Of a DNA stretch of 64,000 nucleotides, positions 47,401 to 57,471 are shown one piece after another. The stretch comes from Convolutriloba macropyga (lineage: Eukaryota). The stretch covers positions 29,512,001-29,576,000 of the forward strand of contig NC_134476.1 of NCBI RefSeq assembly GCF_964194025.1, in the 5' to 3' direction. The notes under the pieces were generated by a model. The model had not been told where the DNA came from, made no database searches, and was given only the letters and a program-made list of their open reading frames with translations. Position 1 is the first letter of the stretch. Each line of letters starts with the position of its first letter. The position numbers and the translations under genes were made by a program.

Positions 47401-50400
47401 CCTGTGAACAATCAAGGGTTCAGTCCTATGTTCTGTGCTGTGATGAAGGGAAATTTTTCACTGGCGACCAAGTTGCTCTATTCGAAAGAAGTTGATATTA
47501 ACGCAAGATGCACTGTTCAACATCGAACTATATTGCAACACGTTGTTGCAAGTAGTGGTCCATTTTCCCAAATAAAAGATACAGTTAGCTTCTTAGTGAA
47601 GCTGTCCGTAAAACCTAATTGTAAGCTTGTCGATTCAAAAAATTTGAGTGTTGTCAACATTTTAGCAGAGAGAGCTAATCTTAGTAACGAAGAGAAGGAA
47701 ATTAGTGTCGAAATAGCTAAAATACTATTTGATTGTGGAGCTGACTTGAACATGTGTTTAGGCACTGTTGATCCACCATTTTTGGCAGCTTTGAAGTCTG
47801 ATAATGTTCCTCTGGCTAAATTTATCCTGGATAATAGTCGATTACTCTTGTCAGGTGGAGAACTTGATAATGGAATCAACGTTCTCCATCTAATTTTGCA
47901 GCATGCTTGTGTTTCGAATGTCGACGAATTGCTTCTTAAAATTCCTTCTGGCTTGTGCTGCAGTGAAGATTTTGCTAAAAATGCACCTAGTAGCGCTAAA
48001 ACGCCTCTAACAGAACTACTCAGCTCATTGGAGACAAATGTGATCAACCGTGAGAAGTTTAACCAGGGATTGAAAACTTTAACTCAACTGCTAGTTACCT
48101 TCTCAAAGTGCAACTTGTTGTCTGGAAAAGCTGGCATTGAGGCTCTGCATCAAGCATGCAAAATGGCATCCAAAGTTGAGCCAGCACAGGCTCTTGGCCT
48201 AGTTAGAACCCTTTTAGATGAAGGTTCCGATCCGAAAGAGACCCTGGACGGTGCCAACGCTTTGCATGTCGCCTTGCTCCATAGCTGCCAATTACCCATT
48301 GTGGAATTAATCGCTTCCAAAATCTCTGAGTTTAACGTGCCTTTGATATCAACCTCCGGTAGTGGCAATCTTTATAAAGGCTTTACGCCAATCATGCTTG
48401 CGTGTAAAAACGAGCGACCAGACCTTGTCCAATTTCTGATGTCAAACTCTGTCAATCTAGAGATGCTCTCCATCGATGATCGAAAGAGATCTCTGTTGCA
48501 CATAACTGTCGAAAATGTGACCTCTGTAAACGGTTTGAGCTGTCTGGAGAAAATTTTGAGCAAAGTGTCGAACCTTGATGCAGTTGATTCTATGGGAGAT
48601 TCTGCATTACATTACGCTGTGAGGCTGAATCTCGCAGTTGTTGTTGATACTTGTAAAATGCTTCTAAAAGCGGGTGTATCTGCCAAGTTGCAAAACTGTG
48701 AAGGTCAAACAGCCCTTCACTCGTTGTTCACATCCAAACGTGATTCATCAATTGAGTCATCATCGGCCATCACTACATTTGATCCCTTAGAGCTACTTCT
48801 GCTGTTTCTGGAGAACTCCAGCGCAAGTTTTGCACCTCTAGACGATAAAGGCTGTACAGCTATGCATTACATAGCTGCCAAGGGTGCCTCGCTTTGTGCT
48901 CAAGTGATCAAAGATCTGGATATTTCGCATCCACCGGATAAAAATGGAAATACTGTCCTCTGTCATGCTCTGATCAACAGAAAGGAAGACTGCGCAATCG
49001 GCATTCTGAACAGTGATCTCAATTTGGACTTGACAAAGCTATACGTATACATTCCGACTTCATTTGTGCGAAATTCAGAAATTGACGATTTCCAAGATCA
49101 CAGTGAAGGTTCGAGGAAGATTTCGGCTTTCAGTCTTATAGCTCATCTTAATATGTGGCGATTGTTCTTTTTGGCGGTGAAGCGTTTTGCGTCATCAGCA
49201 ACAAACTCATTCTTTCTGTCGCAAATAATTAGAAGCGGACAAATGAGCGCTGCTTCGATCTTCTTAAACAACATGCACCCGGATTCCTTGACGGTTGCTG
49301 AGAACAACCTGAATCATTTCCATGATCTATCTTTGGCGTACTTTGAGCTGTCTGACGAGATCGAAGCTGCAGGATTAGTTGAGCAGCTATATGCAAAATC
49401 GGTCAAAGCAATGAATCCTGATAAACCAAATAGCGTCTTGTGTTTCCATTATGCGGCCTATACAGCAAACTTGCCTCTGTTGAAAGTTCTCTACAAAGTT
49501 TTAGACTGTGACAAGGTTGCATTTGCCAAGGATGACTTCTGCAGAACGGTATTTGCAGCCTCTTTAATGTCGGGAAATTTGGAGGCAGTCAAGTTTTGTT
49601 TTGAAAAATTCTCCACTCCCAAACTCAACGATATAATCATAAGATTTGGCAAAATCCGACCCACTAGCGAATCGATCTACGAGAGTTACAATTCAGCTTC
49701 TGATGTCATACAATGTACACCTCTCATATATGCCATTCACTGCATTCAAGATGCAGAGATTTTGCGGTTCCTTGTATCGACTGGCTTGTTTGATCTGAAT
49801 AAGAGCGATGAAAACAAAAAGACGCCAATTATGTATGCCATAGGCACTGGACAGACCGATAAAGTCGATTGCCTTCTATGTCCTGATACCAAATTATTTG
49901 ATGCCAAAGAACCTGTAAGTTCCAAAATTGATTTGTCCACTCTTGATGAGGCTGGAAACTCAATAGGTCATTACACTGTGTTCGCTGCTGTGAATCATGG
50001 TGTACAAAATGAAGAAATTGTTGATATGTTAATAAATAACGAGGTAAAATTCGATGACGTCGGTGCGGCGGGTAAAAGTGCCTACGAGCTGGCTGTTGAT
50101 AATAAATATTACAAACTGGCAACTAAAATGGCCTCAAATTGTTCACGCATTAGTATGCACGATCTTAATCCACTGGAACCTACGTTGCCTATTAGTCCGA
50201 CAGCTCCTGAAGATCAGTTACCTGAGTTGAACACTTTTGACGTTGAAGCGTTAAGTGCTGAATTGTTTACAAAGTTCAATCTGCCATTAGAGAGACTTGA
50301 TTACGTAGCAGAGGTTGACAAGAATGTGGGAAACAGTGTCGGGTCTAAAGCCGAAGTTGTCATGGACGACAAGACGCCGATGGATGCAAGACTTGTCCGG

Positions 50401-51882
50401 GTCGAGACCGGAGAACCTCCGAATCCACGCTCAGTTTCCTTCCACTATTTCAAAATGCAGCTCGTGCATGCTAAGAACAAGAACGGATACTACTTGCACA
50501 TCAATTCAGGAGAAGTTGGAAGCCCGGAACCATCTCAAGTCCAGAGCCAGCCAATTCAAAGTCTTGAGCAAGCAAAACGGGAGTTCTCGAAGCTATTTAA
50601 ATCCAAAACTGACAACTCATGGGAGTCACATAGAGACCGAAAGTTCACGCTTAGACCTCGGAAATATACCGTGTTAAAAACAGATTACAGTCGAAAAGTG
50701 AAAAAACCAGCCGTGTCAAGCGAGCTATCAGATGTGTACTGTCTACCAAAATCTTCTTCCGACGTTAATGATTCTAATGCAGAAGTTTCAAAGTTTCTCA
50801 ATTCCTTGTTAGCTCAAACCTCGGCAAGCTTCAAGTTCTTAAAAGAATTCGGCTCCAATTTTTCTGACGGTGAAATAATATTAGGCGCCACATCTAAAGA
50901 TATGATTGAGCGTCTCAAAGCAGAATTACTGTCCATGCAAACATTGGTCGAAGAAGTTGACCTTGAGTTGTCGCTACGAAATCCAAACTGGGGTAAAGTT
51001 CTTATCACGTCCCACAAAATGAACACCCTTTCAAACGAAATATACTACAGCTTGCCTCTGAACTTCGATGCCTGCTTGACTCAGCCCTTCTATACAAAGA
51101 AAGGCATAAAAATCTTGGCCTCAATTGTGGACACACTTCAAAGTTTTCACTTGTATTCGCAAATTTGGTTTGCAAATCGAGCAAAATTTAATTTGGAACC
51201 AATTCAACCTTCAACTTTTCTGAGCTCAGCGTTGCTGCCTGTGAATCTAAGGATTCTCTCTGATGTTAGCCCAGTACATCAACTTATTGCCGAATCCTTG
51301 AAAAGGACATCCGTTAATTTGAATGGTGTTAAAATGTTTGAAGTGCACGCGAAAAATGGACTATCTACTGCTCAAAGTGAATCAGGAAAAGAAATCGTCT
51401 CAAACTTTCAAGATTTTGAAAATCATTCTTTGCTTTGGCTCCTAATGCCTTCACAAAATATGGTTTCAATTTTGTTTGAAGGTGTCAGGCCAATAATAGC
51501 TCAACAGCCATTCAGGTTTGCCAACAGTTGCGTTCAATTCACGGATTATTTAGCTCAAGCTCTCGAAGAGGCAGAAACGACGGCGGTAAATAATTATGTC
51601 TATCTAACGCTATGTCACGTAAATCTCGGCCGTATTTACGAGCAGCCTGAAAAGACATCTTATCACGATTTCACGATGCCAAGCAACGTGCAAAGCGTGT
51701 ACTTCAGTGATATGGCCACAGAAAAATTTGAGGTTGCTGAGAAAACTATTCCGGGAGGTGTTCGCTTTCGTGATTTGAGACGGAAGAATGGGACATCCCA
51801 AAACATCGGGAGGTCTGATTATGCAGTTTTTGATAAAAACCGTGTTAAATTAGCGTATGTGATTCAAGTAAAGCTGAGTTGA
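44482..51882 (+). CDS. Ankyrin-repeat / WGR-like / PARP-regulatory / PARP-catalytic-like protein (PME-5/tankyrase-like architecture), 2466 aa, single coding exon
   Basis: Many ankyrin repeats (GLTPLMIAC, GKTCLHLAA, GRTALTFA, GDSALHYAV); WGR fold (YFKMQLV..YYL..SGEVG..AKREFSKLFKSKT.NSW..KY); regulatory helices (LSNEIYYSLP); PARP fold remnants (NHSLLW, VQFTD, LCHVNLG, DYAVFD..VKLAYVI); ttttcag acceptor at 44461, attaaa near 51996. Confidence 0.92.
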   Translation: MTDAGDMNGTAEHTESAAVAEPESKLKTPVEEVEANDDNVEQEKKSDSVLETNDKSEAEVVAENIEAKSEAVKETENSEPPILSQPTALPLLPPEKSPVIEQFSANGVTLANVTKPVPSTRSNSGNEDMLTIDEGITPEPETKTTPIDSEPVMKPISVDTSISAKDPIASVTTRNSASRVSASKTAPKSAPADSIASSRSKRPRVPVRHFEFEDVVEEPEPPEQPISLPSSQTSTKNSAPKIVKGKKASSASTTPKEAMFDKGDYCTVRSDLVGENFYLCLLCQDVYENSKALIPIRWLEIEKTPNQYKWSFPDKIDKGCILTNVSVESLGKDRIILPNSEIMRSIYVLKKSIQSEKGEKVTLELPPKTAEGKEEAPEMVSETKKATNKRGGGKVQSSQRTPTALKRTREPSISSTESSEQFSDLSDEYVVPQSRRRGGARGGSSATVTRQGSGRTTTRNQTSGPTSAKQPSRGHQLELDEDYNPSVERKTRGSNRITPTKAVSPGNSGFDPDKTLSPTKSPVRTVNYTSRIKIDPNDQFLDEKYIFDETDLNFKAKQIIRLVSFGDLDLIKRALSDPKLDSVCCGRSKDCLDGPFETAAQNDDVTSLLLLLDKNMELAKKAFTSSCLLKDKLLTEDINLKCRSFPYDSFFEELMRTEPEPFKLIDFLVSKGYVETLIKFVHLALKNGNQKSALHVLKVGNSTNNENILNVLDEFNESKLESILELASYQQSLGLYLIHAAAASENGRYLSQLLDRNQELISVCDCYGWYCFHYAAACKSATNIDILCNRIGNVINSYVTSDSGLTPLMIACQLNRVKNVQTLLNVAGSIQQQKLLETANFDGKTCLHLAAEAGNVEVLNMILPLCFDVNVKTGTKHGDMTALMLSASKGHFKSCEILLNKKCDVNIEDVNGRTALTFAILNGFQNIVSLLICSGAVPTKVDINGNSLVHYATCYGWSHCLTLLIDIGLSLSLPVNNQGFSPMFCAVMKGNFSLATKLLYSKEVDINARCTVQHRTILQHVVASSGPFSQIKDTVSFLVKLSVKPNCKLVDSKNLSVVNILAERANLSNEEKEISVEIAKILFDCGADLNMCLGTVDPPFLAALKSDNVPLAKFILDNSRLLLSGGELDNGINVLHLILQHACVSNVDELLLKIPSGLCCSEDFAKNAPSSAKTPLTELLSSLETNVINREKFNQGLKTLTQLLVTFSKCNLLSGKAGIEALHQACKMASKVEPAQALGLVRTLLDEGSDPKETLDGANALHVALLHSCQLPIVELIASKISEFNVPLISTSGSGNLYKGFTPIMLACKNERPDLVQFLMSNSVNLEMLSIDDRKRSLLHITVENVTSVNGLSCLEKILSKVSNLDAVDSMGDSALHYAVRLNLAVVVDTCKMLLKAGVSAKLQNCEGQTALHSLFTSKRDSSIESSSAITTFDPLELLLLFLENSSASFAPLDDKGCTAMHYIAAKGASLCAQVIKDLDISHPPDKNGNTVLCHALINRKEDCAIGILNSDLNLDLTKLYVYIPTSFVRNSEIDDFQDHSEGSRKISAFSLIAHLNMWRLFFLAVKRFASSATNSFFLSQIIRSGQMSAASIFLNNMHPDSLTVAENNLNHFHDLSLAYFELSDEIEAAGLVEQLYAKSVKAMNPDKPNSVLCFHYAAYTANLPLLKVLYKVLDCDKVAFAKDDFCRTVFAASLMSGNLEAVKFCFEKFSTPKLNDIIIRFGKIRPTSESIYESYNSASDVIQCTPLIYAIHCIQDAEILRFLVSTGLFDLNKSDENKKTPIMYAIGTGQTDKVDCLLCPDTKLFDAKEPVSSKIDLSTLDEAGNSIGHYTVFAAVNHGVQNEEIVDMLINNEVKFDDVGAAGKSAYELAVDNKYYKLATKMASNCSRISMHDLNPLEPTLPISPTAPEDQLPELNTFDVEALSAELFTKFNLPLERLDYVAEVDKNVGNSVGSKAEVVMDDKTPMDARLVRVETGEPPNPRSVSFHYFKMQLVHAKNKNGYYLHINSGEVGSPEPSQVQSQPIQSLEQAKREFSKLFKSKTDNSWESHRDRKFTLRPRKYTVLKTDYSRKVKKPAVSSELSDVYCLPKSSSDVNDSNAEVSKFLNSLLAQTSASFKFLKEFGSNFSDGEIILGATSKDMIERLKAELLSMQTLVEEVDLELSLRNPNWGKVLITSHKMNTLSNEIYYSLPLNFDACLTQPFYTKKGIKILASIVDTLQSFHLYSQIWFANRAKFNLEPIQPSTFLSSALLPVNLRILSDVSPVHQLIAESLKRTSVNLNGVKMFEVHAKNGLSTAQSESGKEIVSNFQDFENHSLLWLLMPSQNMVSILFEGVRPIIAQQPFRFANSCVQFTDYLAQALEEAETTAVNNYVYLTLCHVNLGRIYEQPEKTSYHDFTMPSNVQSVYFSDMATEKFEVAEKTIPGGVRFRDLRRKNGTSQNIGRSDYAVFDKNRVKLAYVIQVKLS

Positions 51883-52902
51883 TACATAAGACTTGTTTCA
51901 AAGTGTTCTGAACTATTTGTCTATAAATACTGTCTTTAATATATGTCTTCTCAATATATTTCTATTCGCCAATTGTGATTTTTACGTTTGAAAGCATTAA
52001 AATGGTCTTTTTGTTGATCTTGAACTCTTATATGTTGTACTATTTTCTTTGTTCAGCTAATATAAAAAATTATGCGATTGAAATTTAATTATGTTATGAA
52101 AATCCTAATTTTTCTTCTTGAAAAAAAATGTTAGCGCAAGTTCTGTATAAGAAATGTGATATTGTCACAATAAAGGGCTGGTTCAACTCTTGTTGAGAAT
52201 CCTCGAACATCCTCCAGGCTGGTCAAAAAGGTAATCACTTAGCCGGACAGAAGTTATCTTTTTTTATATATAATCAAAACAATAATTAAATTAACTTGGT
52301 TAACAAAACGGTGGTTGTCAATACAACAGATCAACAGTTTATGAATCTCATTTCATCGGCATTTTTTAATTTTTCACATGTAAAATGTATGTTTTTATTC
52401 TCCCCACTTTGGTCAGGTAAGAATAAAAATACTAGAACTGCACATTGATAAGGCTCCCGTTTGTTGCAATAGTTTTGGCGACTCATCATTAAAGGACCAA
52501 TCTGGACTGTTCTTATTCTGAATTGGTTAAATCTTGCCAAAAAGAGCGTGTGCGTGTCAAAATCATTGAGGCAGACCCCTTGATCATATCTGTCGACAAT
52601 GATTGCAACAGTACTGGATCAACCATCTCCCCTCCGAGCGGTCGAGCACCCAAAAAGCAAAATAGTCTACTAGGGAGCCCGTGCCAGCAACATTTCCGCT
52701 GATCACCGAATGGCGGTGATTGACAAGGATTGCATTAGTTTACAGAAAGCTACAGACAACCCCTGCGCTTGGAAGGAACTATTGTCACTTAACACAGACA
52801 ACCGCTTGAGTGTTTTCTTGAAGTATGCCGATATCCCGCCAAGGACGCCAAGAAGTTATCTTTCAGAGCAAAAACTTGTGTTTGAGCTTCAGAGCCAATC
52901 AT

Positions 52903-55347
52903 AATGCCGTTTTTTTAGTTTATCTGAGAAAAACTGTTTCCTCAAAAAAAAATTGAATTCTGTACAATTAAAGTATTTCCTGTCCTGTTTGTCAATTCTG
53001 ATCTCATCTCTGAGAAACAGATTTTTTGGTATTTTTTTGAACTCTGACATCCTGAGAAATAACTTCCTGGCAGACACACTAGATCTGTAAAAGCACAATT
53101 ACAAAATCGACGCATAGAAAAGAGTAAAGCCTTTCTAAAAATTAAACTGTAAGCTCAACTCTTTCGGATTGTAGTATCACGAATTCTTGGAAAGCTAACT
53201 AGTGAGCCTATTTAGTGAGCTAATCAGAAAGCAGTCAAATCCTAATTAGTTTCAGATAATGTAACCTAGAACTGCAATTTGTGAAAACTAGACAAAACTC
53301 ACGCATGACTCACATAACAACTAAGCATGAATTTATGGACAAAAAGTTTGGGTATTTTTTCTTGTATGGAAAATTAAATATTTTATGACAAAAATGTTCT
53401 TAAGTTTCTGAGATTTAAAATAATGATAATAAAGATGATTGTGGCAGACAACTATTATAAGAAATAAGAAGCTCAATTTATTTCTAATGACAGGAGGAGA
53501 AAAGTTTTAGAGAATTGCTTTGAACAATGAGCTGAAAAGGAGAAAACAGATGTAATAGCAAACGCATCATTGTATTTTTAATTTCTCGAGATGTTGAAAA
53601 TTATTGGTAACGAAGGGGGAAAATGTAATGCAGTTCTTTTTAATTGGTTATATTGATTTCATTTGGAAAATTATTACGATGCAAAAATGACATTTCGTTG
53701 TCTTAAAAATTCTCTTAAAAATGTCAGTATTATTGACGATGATGTAAGATGTCAACATGCGTGCCCAGCAGTAACAGGTAAAAAAATGCGTTCTTTGAAT
53801 TGATATCCAAAGTTAACGTATCGACTTTTTAACTTTGAAACAAGTGGGGTAAACGTAGTGTGGCGGGATATTTTCACTTATGTCCACTTATGTATTGTCA
53901 GTAATGTCCACAGACAGGGGCCTCACAAAAGGCACTATTTAAATCGTAGCTGTAAAAATGAACGCTACAATAAGTAAAATGTTTTGTGTAGCAATTGTGA
54001 CATTTGTTTATTAATCTTCACTCGTTTTTTTTTCAAACGTTAAATAATAATTTCCGCTTCTAAACAAGTATCTCAGCTTCACTTCGCGATTAAAGATATC
54101 GACCAAAAAATTTCAAAGGTACGGTTGTTGGTTTTCGTGCTTGTTTCTATTGTGTTTGTTTATTAAAATGACAATGCCGTTTTTTTTAGTTTGTCTGAGA
54201 AAAACTGTTTCCTCGAAAACAATTGAATTCTTTACAAGTAAAGTATTTCCTGTCGTGTTTGTCTATTGTGATCTCATCTTTGAGAAACAGATTTTTTGGA
54301 ATTTTTGAAATCTGACATCCTAAAAAATAACTTACTGGCCGACACACTAGATGTGTAAAAGCATAATTACAAAATTGTCGTATAGAAAAGAGTAAAGCCT
54401 TGCTAATAGTTAAACTGCGAGTTCAACACTTTCGGATTATAGTAACACGAATTCTAAGTGAGATAATCAGAAGACAGTCAAATCCTAATTGATGTTAGAT
54501 AATGTAACCTAGAACTGCAATTTGCGAAAACTAGAGAAAACTCACACATGACTCACACAACAACTTAGCATGAATTTGAATATGAATAAAAAGTTCTGGT
54601 GTATTTTCTTGAATGGAAAATTAAAGGTTATATGGCGAAAATTTTCTTAAGTTTGCGAGATTTAAAATAATGATGATAGAGATGATTTTGGCAGACAACT
54701 ATTTTAAGAACTAAGAAGCTAATTTTGTTTCGAATGACAGGAGAAAAGTTTGAGAGAATTGCTTTGAAAAATGAGCTCAAAAGGAGACAACAGATGTAAT
54801 AGCGAACGCTTTATAGTATTTTTAATTTCTCGAGATGTTGAAAAACATTGGTAATGAACGGGAAAAATGTAATGCAGTTGATTTTAATTGGTTATATTGA
54901 TCTCATTTGGAAAATTATTTTGATGCAAAAATTAGATTTAGTCTCTTAAAAATTCTCTTTAGAATGCCAGTATTATTGGCGATGATGTTGTAAGTTGTCA
55001 ACATGCGTAGACAGCAGTAACAGGTAAAAATTGCGTTTTTGAACTGATATCCAAAGTTAACGTATCGACTTTGAAACAACTGAGGTAAAGTTAGTCTGGC
55101 GGGGTATTGTCACTAATGTGCACTTATGTATTGTCAGTAATGTCCACAGACAGGGGCCTCACAAAAGGCGCTATTTAAATCGTAGTGATAAAAGCGAACG
55201 CTACAATAAGTAAAATGTTTTGTGTAGCAATTGTGACGTTTGCTTATTAATCCTCACTCGTTTTCAAACGTGAAATAATAATCTCCGCTTCTAAACAAGG
55301 ATCCCAGCTTCACGCCGCGATTAAAGATATCGACCGAAAATTTAAAG
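52903..55347. repeat. Tandem duplication of an about 1.2-kb unit (52903-54118 and 54173-55347), partial third copy 55843-56183
   Basis: Colinear blocks from aatgccgttttttt..ctgagaaaaactgtttcctc to taaagatatcgacc in both copies, with scattered substitutions and indels. Confidence 0.9.
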
Positions 55348-57264
55348 ACGGAAGTACTCTAGTTTTTTTTCCGCGACAAAATTGCGGAAGATAGATTTTT
55401 GTGAATGTTGCTGTAAAATTCGAAATTTAATTAGATATGTGCACAATGCCTGTTTGCAACTTTGGACAACAAGGTCAACATCTTATCTTGTCTTTGTTGT
55501 CAACGATCACCGTAGCTCTTGCTCACGTCATAGTTCTTTGCCACCGTTACAGTATCTAATTTCCGGATTATAAAAAACGTGTCGAGTCGGAAATGATAGT
55601 CAAATCGGTTATTAATTTCTGAACGTTTCCTCGCAAAACTATTGGAAAATAATTTAAACAATTGACTGTTTTGCAAAGCTCACAAGACCAAATAAGTCTC
55701 TAAATTTGGTCTCATGAAAATGAATGACTTATAGACTAATCAAAGTTTTGTGAAGAATTAAATACTGAAACTGTGGACTGTTGCGTTATCTGAGGGTACG
55801 ATTGACCATAATTATGCGCTTTTTCCATTGTTGTCCACAGTAAACGTATCGACTTTTTAACTTTGAAACAAATAATATATAGTGAAAATGTGTCGGAATA
55901 TTGTCACTAATGTACACTAAGTATTGTCATTAATGTCCACAAAGACCGGGGCCTCTCAAAGCCAATAAATGTACTATTTAAATCGTAACTATAAAAGCCA
56001 AAACTAGCCAACGCTACAATAAGTAAAATGTTTGGTGTGTTAATATTGATATTTGGTTGTTAATCCTCACTCAGAATTATTCACGGTTTTTTGTCTTCTT
56101 CAAAGGTGTTTCAATTAGTCTCCGCTTCTAAACAACTCTCAACTTACTCCGCGACGAAAGATATTGACCGAAAAATTTCAAGATTACGATTGTTTTTGGC
56201 GCTAGTTTATTTGGTGTTCGTAAATTTTGGTTTCTCTCGTTAAAGCGGTGTTTGTCTTTTTGTAATGTCCAATGTTGGTGTGTGAACAAGAGATGAAGAG
56301 TTTTTTTCCAAGACCAAATTCCGGTAGACAAATTTCTATGAATGGTTCTTTTTAGATCAGCGGGCTGAGCTCCAAATAATAACGTGAAGAAAGTTTTTTT
56401 GTTGGTGAAGACAAAGAAAGCCGAATGTTATGTAATAGTTATGTTATCTTCAGAAATGAGACATTGTGAACATAGTGTGAATTATGTTCACAATATAAAT
56501 TGTGAACTATTTATGCTCCACTGCGACAAAGAAACAAATTACGTCCTTTTTAGAGATCTAGCGGTTCTGAGCAGCGGCAGACTGCTTTCCTGGCCATGCC
56601 TCTCATTCCCTGTTGATGTGATCGGGAAATCGCGGGTCGGTCATCGCGCGGCGCGGAATGATATGTCGATCCCCAAAATTTGTGGCTTACTTGACCTCTT
56701 TTCAGAACTGCAATTTGATTAGCTACAGCCAGTTTTTTTATTCTTTGAAAGCTAAATAGACAAAGTGCAATGATTAGTAAGCTACTGTGGTTTAAAATAA
56801 TAGAATCAATGAGCTTCTGGGAACATTTTTTCAATCTAATAGTAAAGAACACTGTTTTATAGAAATTTGCAGTAGCAAGTTTTTTTTACTACCGTTCAAA
56901 GTCTTTTCCATGTTTTCGTAAGCAAACACAAAAACATTTTTTAATTCCCACTGGGAACACGGACAATAATATTTGAAAATGTTTAAGTACAGCTTAAAAG
57001 CTTGAATTTCAATTCATTTTCGTCATATTTCATTTTCTTCATCATACAGTGTTTCATAGTCACTTACAAAAACGTCAATTATTACAAGAATTTTGTTCAC
57101 TTCTTGCCGAATTTCAATACTGATATTGTTCTTTTCCACATTGTTAGATTTTCAGTGAGAGGTAGAGGTTTTCAAATTTTAAAGTGAAATTTTACTTGAT
57201 AGTTTTTACAATTCAATGAATTTAAACTGAAGTGGTGAGCTGGGTTTTTGCGACTCGAAGAGGA

Positions 57265-57419
57265 GAATTGGTGGAGCTTCTTTTTTATCGATAACTTTTT
57301 CGGAGTGTATTTATAACGGTATGTAAAAGTCAATGCCGCACGTGAAAACTAAGAGACTAGGTCAAACGTCTAAACGTATTGAAGAGCAGAGGGATTTTCA
57401 GTCCATGCTGCGTTTTTGA

Positions 57420-57471
<52 letters not shown>

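Noticed and set aside
44247-51801. Numerous short antisense and alternative-frame ORFs inside the 2466-aa gene, and 30708-31172 inside the coiled-coil ORF
   Set aside because: Shadow ORFs with no recognisable motifs
21708-51882. Functional link between the element's macrodomain and the nearby PARP-like host gene
   Set aside because: They are 22 kb apart, the LTR element is a recent insertion with its own TSD, and eukaryotic proximity does not imply co-function
52679-52692. gtgccagca resembling the SSU rRNA 515 motif
   Set aside because: Match ends after 9 nt and the flanks are not rRNA-like
56550-56852. GC-richer segment with ORFs on both strands
   Set aside because: Could be a minus-strand terminal exon, but no homology or partner exon was identified
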